Source of the DNA: Zygnema circumcarinatum SAG 698-1b | Lineage: Eukaryota; Plantae; Zygnematophyceae | Length of the DNA: 64,000 bases | Direction: 5' to 3' | NCBI GenBank assembly: GCA_037447605.1 | Contig: CM074823.1 | Coordinates: 1,488,001 to 1,552,000 of the forward strand | Part shown: positions 59,478-64,000 of the stretch, piece by piece | Numbering within the stretch: position 1 is the stretch's first letter | Layout of the letters: every line of letters starts with the position of its first letter | The notes under the pieces: model-generated | Told to the model about the DNA's origin: nothing | Database searches by the model: none | Seen by the model: the letters and a program-made list of their open reading frames with translations, nothing else | Made by a program: the position numbers and the translations under genes

Positions 59478-62462
59478 TGTAGCGAAACGCTACAGTCACC
59501 CCAAGGGGGAAGGATTACTTAAAGCCCGTCGTGGTCTTATGTTTCCATCCAATGCGTTACCCAATGGTTAGGGCATGAATCCTATAGGACAACGGAGGTC
59601 CTGCAGGCTAGAACCGTGAGACTGGTTCACACGTGGGGGCACCGCCCACATAGTCACGGTGGCCCCACATTATCGCCAAGGTCCCCTCCCTCGGCATGAG
59701 GAGATTGAGGTAACAGCACCACGGACCAATCAATTCCCCATCTTGGCTCTGGACCGCGGTCCGGGTCCCCCTTTTTGGATCGGCGGTCGTGCCGTACAGT
59801 TACAGGGTCCCGTTCGTCAGGAACCCAGAAGTGGGCAGAGTCGAGGCCCCGCGCGCGCGCGTCAGGATCCGGCCATGCACGCAGTGCGCGACGCGCGTCG
59901 CGGCACACGCAGCGGACTGCGGCGAAGTGCATTCAACTCCTCCCTAACCCATTCGGGTCGAGATGAACACGTGGCGCCTGCCAGTTTGGACAACCCTGCT
60001 TCCAATCCTACCATGCTGGTCAGAGAGGTTGGGCAAGGGGAGGCACTGCTCAGGGCAAAGTGAGTCAGGCCCTGAGCCCCCAGTGATGCCCAGCCTCAGT
60101 CACCCCTGCAAGGGCTGCGCCACCCTCTGAAGCTCTTGCTCTCTCTCTCTCTCTCTCTCCGGCCCTCTCTCGCTAAACTCGGAGTGCTGGTGTGTGATTC
60201 CGCGCAGACTGAAGAGGCGTTTTTCAGTTGTTACATTTGGTATCAGAGCCGCGTTGCGGCTTTCTTTCTTTGAAAGAACCTAGTGGGTCATGGTGACCAC
60301 TCGCCGGGCCGGAGGGGACCCGGGGCCCTCGGGGCCGCCACCTCCACCACCCGTCCCACGGGACGAGGTGATGGAGGAGAACTCGGAGACTGCACCGGTC
60401 CCCATGGAGGGGCCCAGTCCCGAGCCCACGGATGACCAAGGTCATCCGGAGAATATCACACCTCCCCCTCCCCAACCGGAGCCATCGGCTCCGGCAGTGG
60501 CTATGGCTGGGTCCGATCCCATGATCGGGGCCCACATCACGGTGGGCGCGTCCTTGAAAATGAGGAAGAAGATCGATGATCTAGGAAAGGATGTAATGCA
60601 ACAGCGCGTCTCCACCATGGCGTGCTCGCGGAAGGTGGACGATATGGAGCTTACGGTCCGCCGCCTAGTGGACACGCTCCAGATGGAGTTCAGGGGCCTT
60701 TCAGACAGGCTCAGGCGGATCGAGGAAGGTATGCCCCACACCCCCCCTCAGGCTGTAGAGGCAATGGATGCAAAGCAGATCCCGGCTGGGTTAGGCATAC
60801 ATCCGTCGCCGCCGCCATCGCTGACTTCAACCGGGCCGCCTGGGCGCCGCGTAGTTCGGCCCCTTGTCTCCCTCAACAGGGGAGTCACCTCATCGGTGAA
60901 GCTGCTTGGGACCACCCAAATAGCTGGGGACCCCCGCCGGGCAAATGGGCCGGGGCGGAGGAGATCCCGGTCCTCGGGCTGCTCCTCCGCAACCTACTGA
61001 GGATGCCAAGCGGAATCGGGCCAAGGTGGCCCCGCTTTCCTTTTGGGGTGAACATCCTAACACGGACTGCTCGATTGAGCAGTGGTTGGGTCAAACGAAG
61101 GGTTACCTTCTTGCGACCAACTGTCCCCCCCTCCAGTGGGTAAGCTTTGCTTACCCAGCACTCAGAGGAGCCGCATACCGTGTGTATGAGGGTCTCTCTG
61201 ATGAGATTGGGGACGATTGGGATAAGTTCAGAGATGAACTTATCAAACATTTTGGGGCCTTGGATCCCGGATTGGAGGCCCGATAAATTTCGCACATGGT
61301 CCAAAACCGGCAGCCGCCAAGCGCGCTATGAGCCCGCGCCGTGGTGCCACAAATCACTTTCACCCACAAGCCCGTCAGCCGAAGTTCTTTTCCACTTCAG
61401 AATGGCTTGCCACACTGAGGAAGCGTACCAGACCAACCCATGACCAAACCGGGACCCCGTCACCTCGAAATGCACTTTGATGCGCACGCATTCAGCTTGA
61501 CATCACCGCAGCGATGTAGTTCTTCCCCGACCCCAAAGAGGTCGGGAGATGTTACCGGGTCGTGGAAGGCGGGACCCTCTGCTCCTGCCAAACCGGCAGG
61601 AAAGAACAAGCGGAAGCAGCCGGAAACGGCTGCCCGCCCAGCCCCTGCACGGCCGCAGAAGTTGACTCCGGAAGAAATGGAGCGGATGCAGCGGGAGAAT
61701 AAGTGCTTCCGATGCAGGAAGGAGGGGCATAAGGCCCGGGATTGCCCTCTTAACGCCAAGGACAAGAAGGGTAAGGGGCCGGAAAACCCCAACCCACCAG
61801 CAGCTTAGGGGTCGCTGCTGGTGGACATGCTAGGTTAGGGGACAGAATGGAAGCTGCCGCCAGGACTAGGGGACATTTGTTTCTTAGAACCTTGGACATT
61901 CTTAAATTGATTGGCAGACCTTTGGGAATGCATGATCTCTTTGTGTGTGATGCACTCCCTGTTTCCATTTCTCTTTCCCCTGCCACTGTAGTGACTCCTT
62001 CTGGGTTTATGGATGTAGTGATGAATGGTGATTGGCATGTCTTTATCCTCAATGTCATGGGCGATGATGTTCTCATGCAATGTACCATAGATGTTGTGCA
62101 TGTCATGGGACATACCTCCCATGTTCTTGGGCTGCATGTGCTGGTTCCTCAGCACATGGCGGTTCGCACCTTTCCCAACGCCACTTGGCGGTTGGTGAAA
62201 CAGATGAGGAAAGGGCACAAATTGGTGCAGACGATGGAAGGATCCACCAGTTCGCTGGTTGGATCACCCTACACCTTGGTGTGGAGGACGGCTCGTCCTC
62301 AACCCTCGCATATAGTGCGATCCATGTTCCATCTTGCCCATCGTGCCATGACCTTCACCGGGTCAGCCAATGGCCACCCAGCAGTTATACTGCTAGACAC
62401 TTGGGCAGATGCTAACTTCGTTAGTTCTGCATTCACCCAGAGGTTGGAATTGACCATAAATC
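59478..62462 (+). mobile_element. Ty3/gypsy element (family B), 5' part: LTR, PBS, gag, protease; interrupted by copia-2
   Basis: Putative LTR TGTAGCG(59478)...GTTACA(60235), then PBS TGGTATCAGAGC at 60238-60249. gag is in broken frames (60290-61808) with IEQWL..WVSFAYPALRGAAYRVY..WDKFRDELIKHF and the zinc knuckle CFRCRKEGHKARDC. A protease-like VILLDTWADANFVS lies near 62390. The LTR start is inferred from where family-A homology breaks. Confidence 0.78.
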
Positions 62463-64000
62463 TGTTAGTGTTAGTGTGCTATAGTTAGACATTGTATGGG
62501 TTCACAAGAACATTGTTGTGGTCCTCAGTTGGGAAACATGAGATCTGCTAGTAGTAGTCCTAGGAAATATGGTCGGGCCAAATGTCGGTGGCTCGTACGC
62601 TTATCGGGCGCGGAGGATGTCGGTGATGTCGGCGGAATCGCGTCAGACCCTTAGTGCGGTCCGCGGACTCTGACAAGGTCAACTACGGAGGAGACCGAGT
62701 CAGCAGCCACGCGGATAGGTGTGAACGGCGCGGAAATGCGACGACGGAGATTTCGTCGCGGACGGCGCAAATGTGTANNNNNNNNNNGTGCCTGCTCGTG
62801 TTGCTGGGCTGCCCTGCTTGTGTCGCAAGGTAGTGAGTAAGGGGAGAAGTAGCTAGTGAGAGGGGGAGAACTTCATGTGGGTGACATTCTTATTATAAAG
62901 GAGTTTTAGAGCCGTGAGCTTTCTCCTAGACTTTCCCGTGTGTGATTTCCGCTGTGCTCGTCTCTGAATTCATTCTGTGAGTTATGGGCTATGAGTGAAG
63001 TGAGATAGAGTGGGGAGAGTGAAAGATGTCTTCATCGGTGGGAACCGGAGTTCCAATGGAGGGCGACACGCGAGGTGGCGTCGGGAGCAGTGAACAAACC
63101 CACGCTCCAACAAGTGGTATCAGAGCCAATGGTGGCGACAAGGACCACGTGAAGTTCAGCATTCCCGCATTTGACGGTCAAGACTACAAGGGGTGGAGAT
63201 GGCGGCTGGTCCCTTTGCTCGTGGGCAAGGGACTGTTGGGGTACGTCAACGGCACCATCAAGGCACCGTGCTAATGGAGGAGCCACGCCGAGCAAAGAAA
63301 TGGAACACGGCGGCGCTTGCCGATGGAGTGCCATGGTCAACAAAGCGCCAACGTGATCGCCATATGAGTGTGAGGGGAAGTCCTTCGTCCATGCTGTATG
63401 ATCTCAAGACTTCACATGCTATGTGGAAGTGCTTAGAAGAGATGTATGATGTAAAGGATAACGTCACGATAGTGAGTCTTTACACGCAGCTTGGGAAGAT
63501 GAAGATGACTTCGGATGAGAAACTGAGTGAATATATGGTCAGGTTTGATACCTTAATGGAGAGGTTCATAGCTCTACAGAAACCGTTAGAGAGTGACCAT
63601 AAGATCAGCCAGTTCTTAGGGGGATNNNNNNNNNNTGTTCACTCGGCAACCGGAGAGGGAGTGACAGTCACGAAGGGAGGAGTAGTCAAGATGATTCTCG
63701 GAGACGGCTCTGTCATCTACGAAGAAGAGAGGGAGGAGCGTCTATGTATCGGTGATGTCCTTCACACCCCCGAGCTGAAACAGAACTTCATGTCTGTTAG
63801 CCAGGTGTGTAAGAGGGGGTACGAGATCACGTTCAAAGAGAAGTCTTGTATAGCTACTCACGTAGTTACGGGGAAGCGGCTGTTTGAGGGGTATGAGAAG
63901 GGAGGCCTGTATTATCTTCATTATAGAAGGACAGAGGATGAAGATGTGATGGCTGTAGCTCAAACTGCCATAAATCTCTGGCATCGTAGACTTGGACATC
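62463..64000 (+). mobile_element. Ty1/copia element (copia-2), 5' part, running off the window
   Basis: LTR TGTTAG(62463)...CCAACA(63112), related to the copia-1 LTR (TATAAAGGAGTTTTAG..GAGCTTTCTCCTA). PBS TGGTATCAGAGC at 63115-63126. gag: KFSIPAFDGQDYKGWRWRL and AMWKCLEEMY..YTQLGKMKM..KLSEYM. After a gap: DVLHTPELKQNFMSVSQ..GGLYYL..LWHRRLGH (GAG-pre-integrase). Confidence 0.88.

Overview
This is eukaryotic, intron-rich nuclear DNA from a streptophyte. I infer a charophyte/zygnematophyte-type alga from the gene content, the GC-rich first exons and the very large GA/CT microsatellites in introns. The draft assembly has several 10-N and 100-N gaps. Most entries in the ORF track are microsatellite read-through. 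I rebuilt the real genes exon by exon from GT-AG junctions with matching phases. They are: STR14 rhodanese (-), a LysM receptor-like protein (-, partial), ASHR2 SET methyltransferase (-), a truncated XEG113-like duplicate with a long Ser/Thr/Glu stalk (+), XEG113 arabinosyltransferase (+), peroxisomal citrate synthase (+), an RSZ-type SR splicing factor (+), and an EXORDIUM/PHI-1-like protein that unusually carries a transmembrane helix and a cytoplasmic tail (-). The rest is transposon-derived: two Mutator-like TIR elements, several MITE families (some nested, with empty-site copies in the window), a decayed Ty3/gypsy element at 12.6-17 kb, and a nested copia/gypsy stack at 55.7-64 kb. The most interesting items are the membrane-anchored EXORDIUM-like protein, the XEG113 duplicate lacking a catalytic domain, and the LysM protein. 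All family assignments come from remembered motifs, not database searches.
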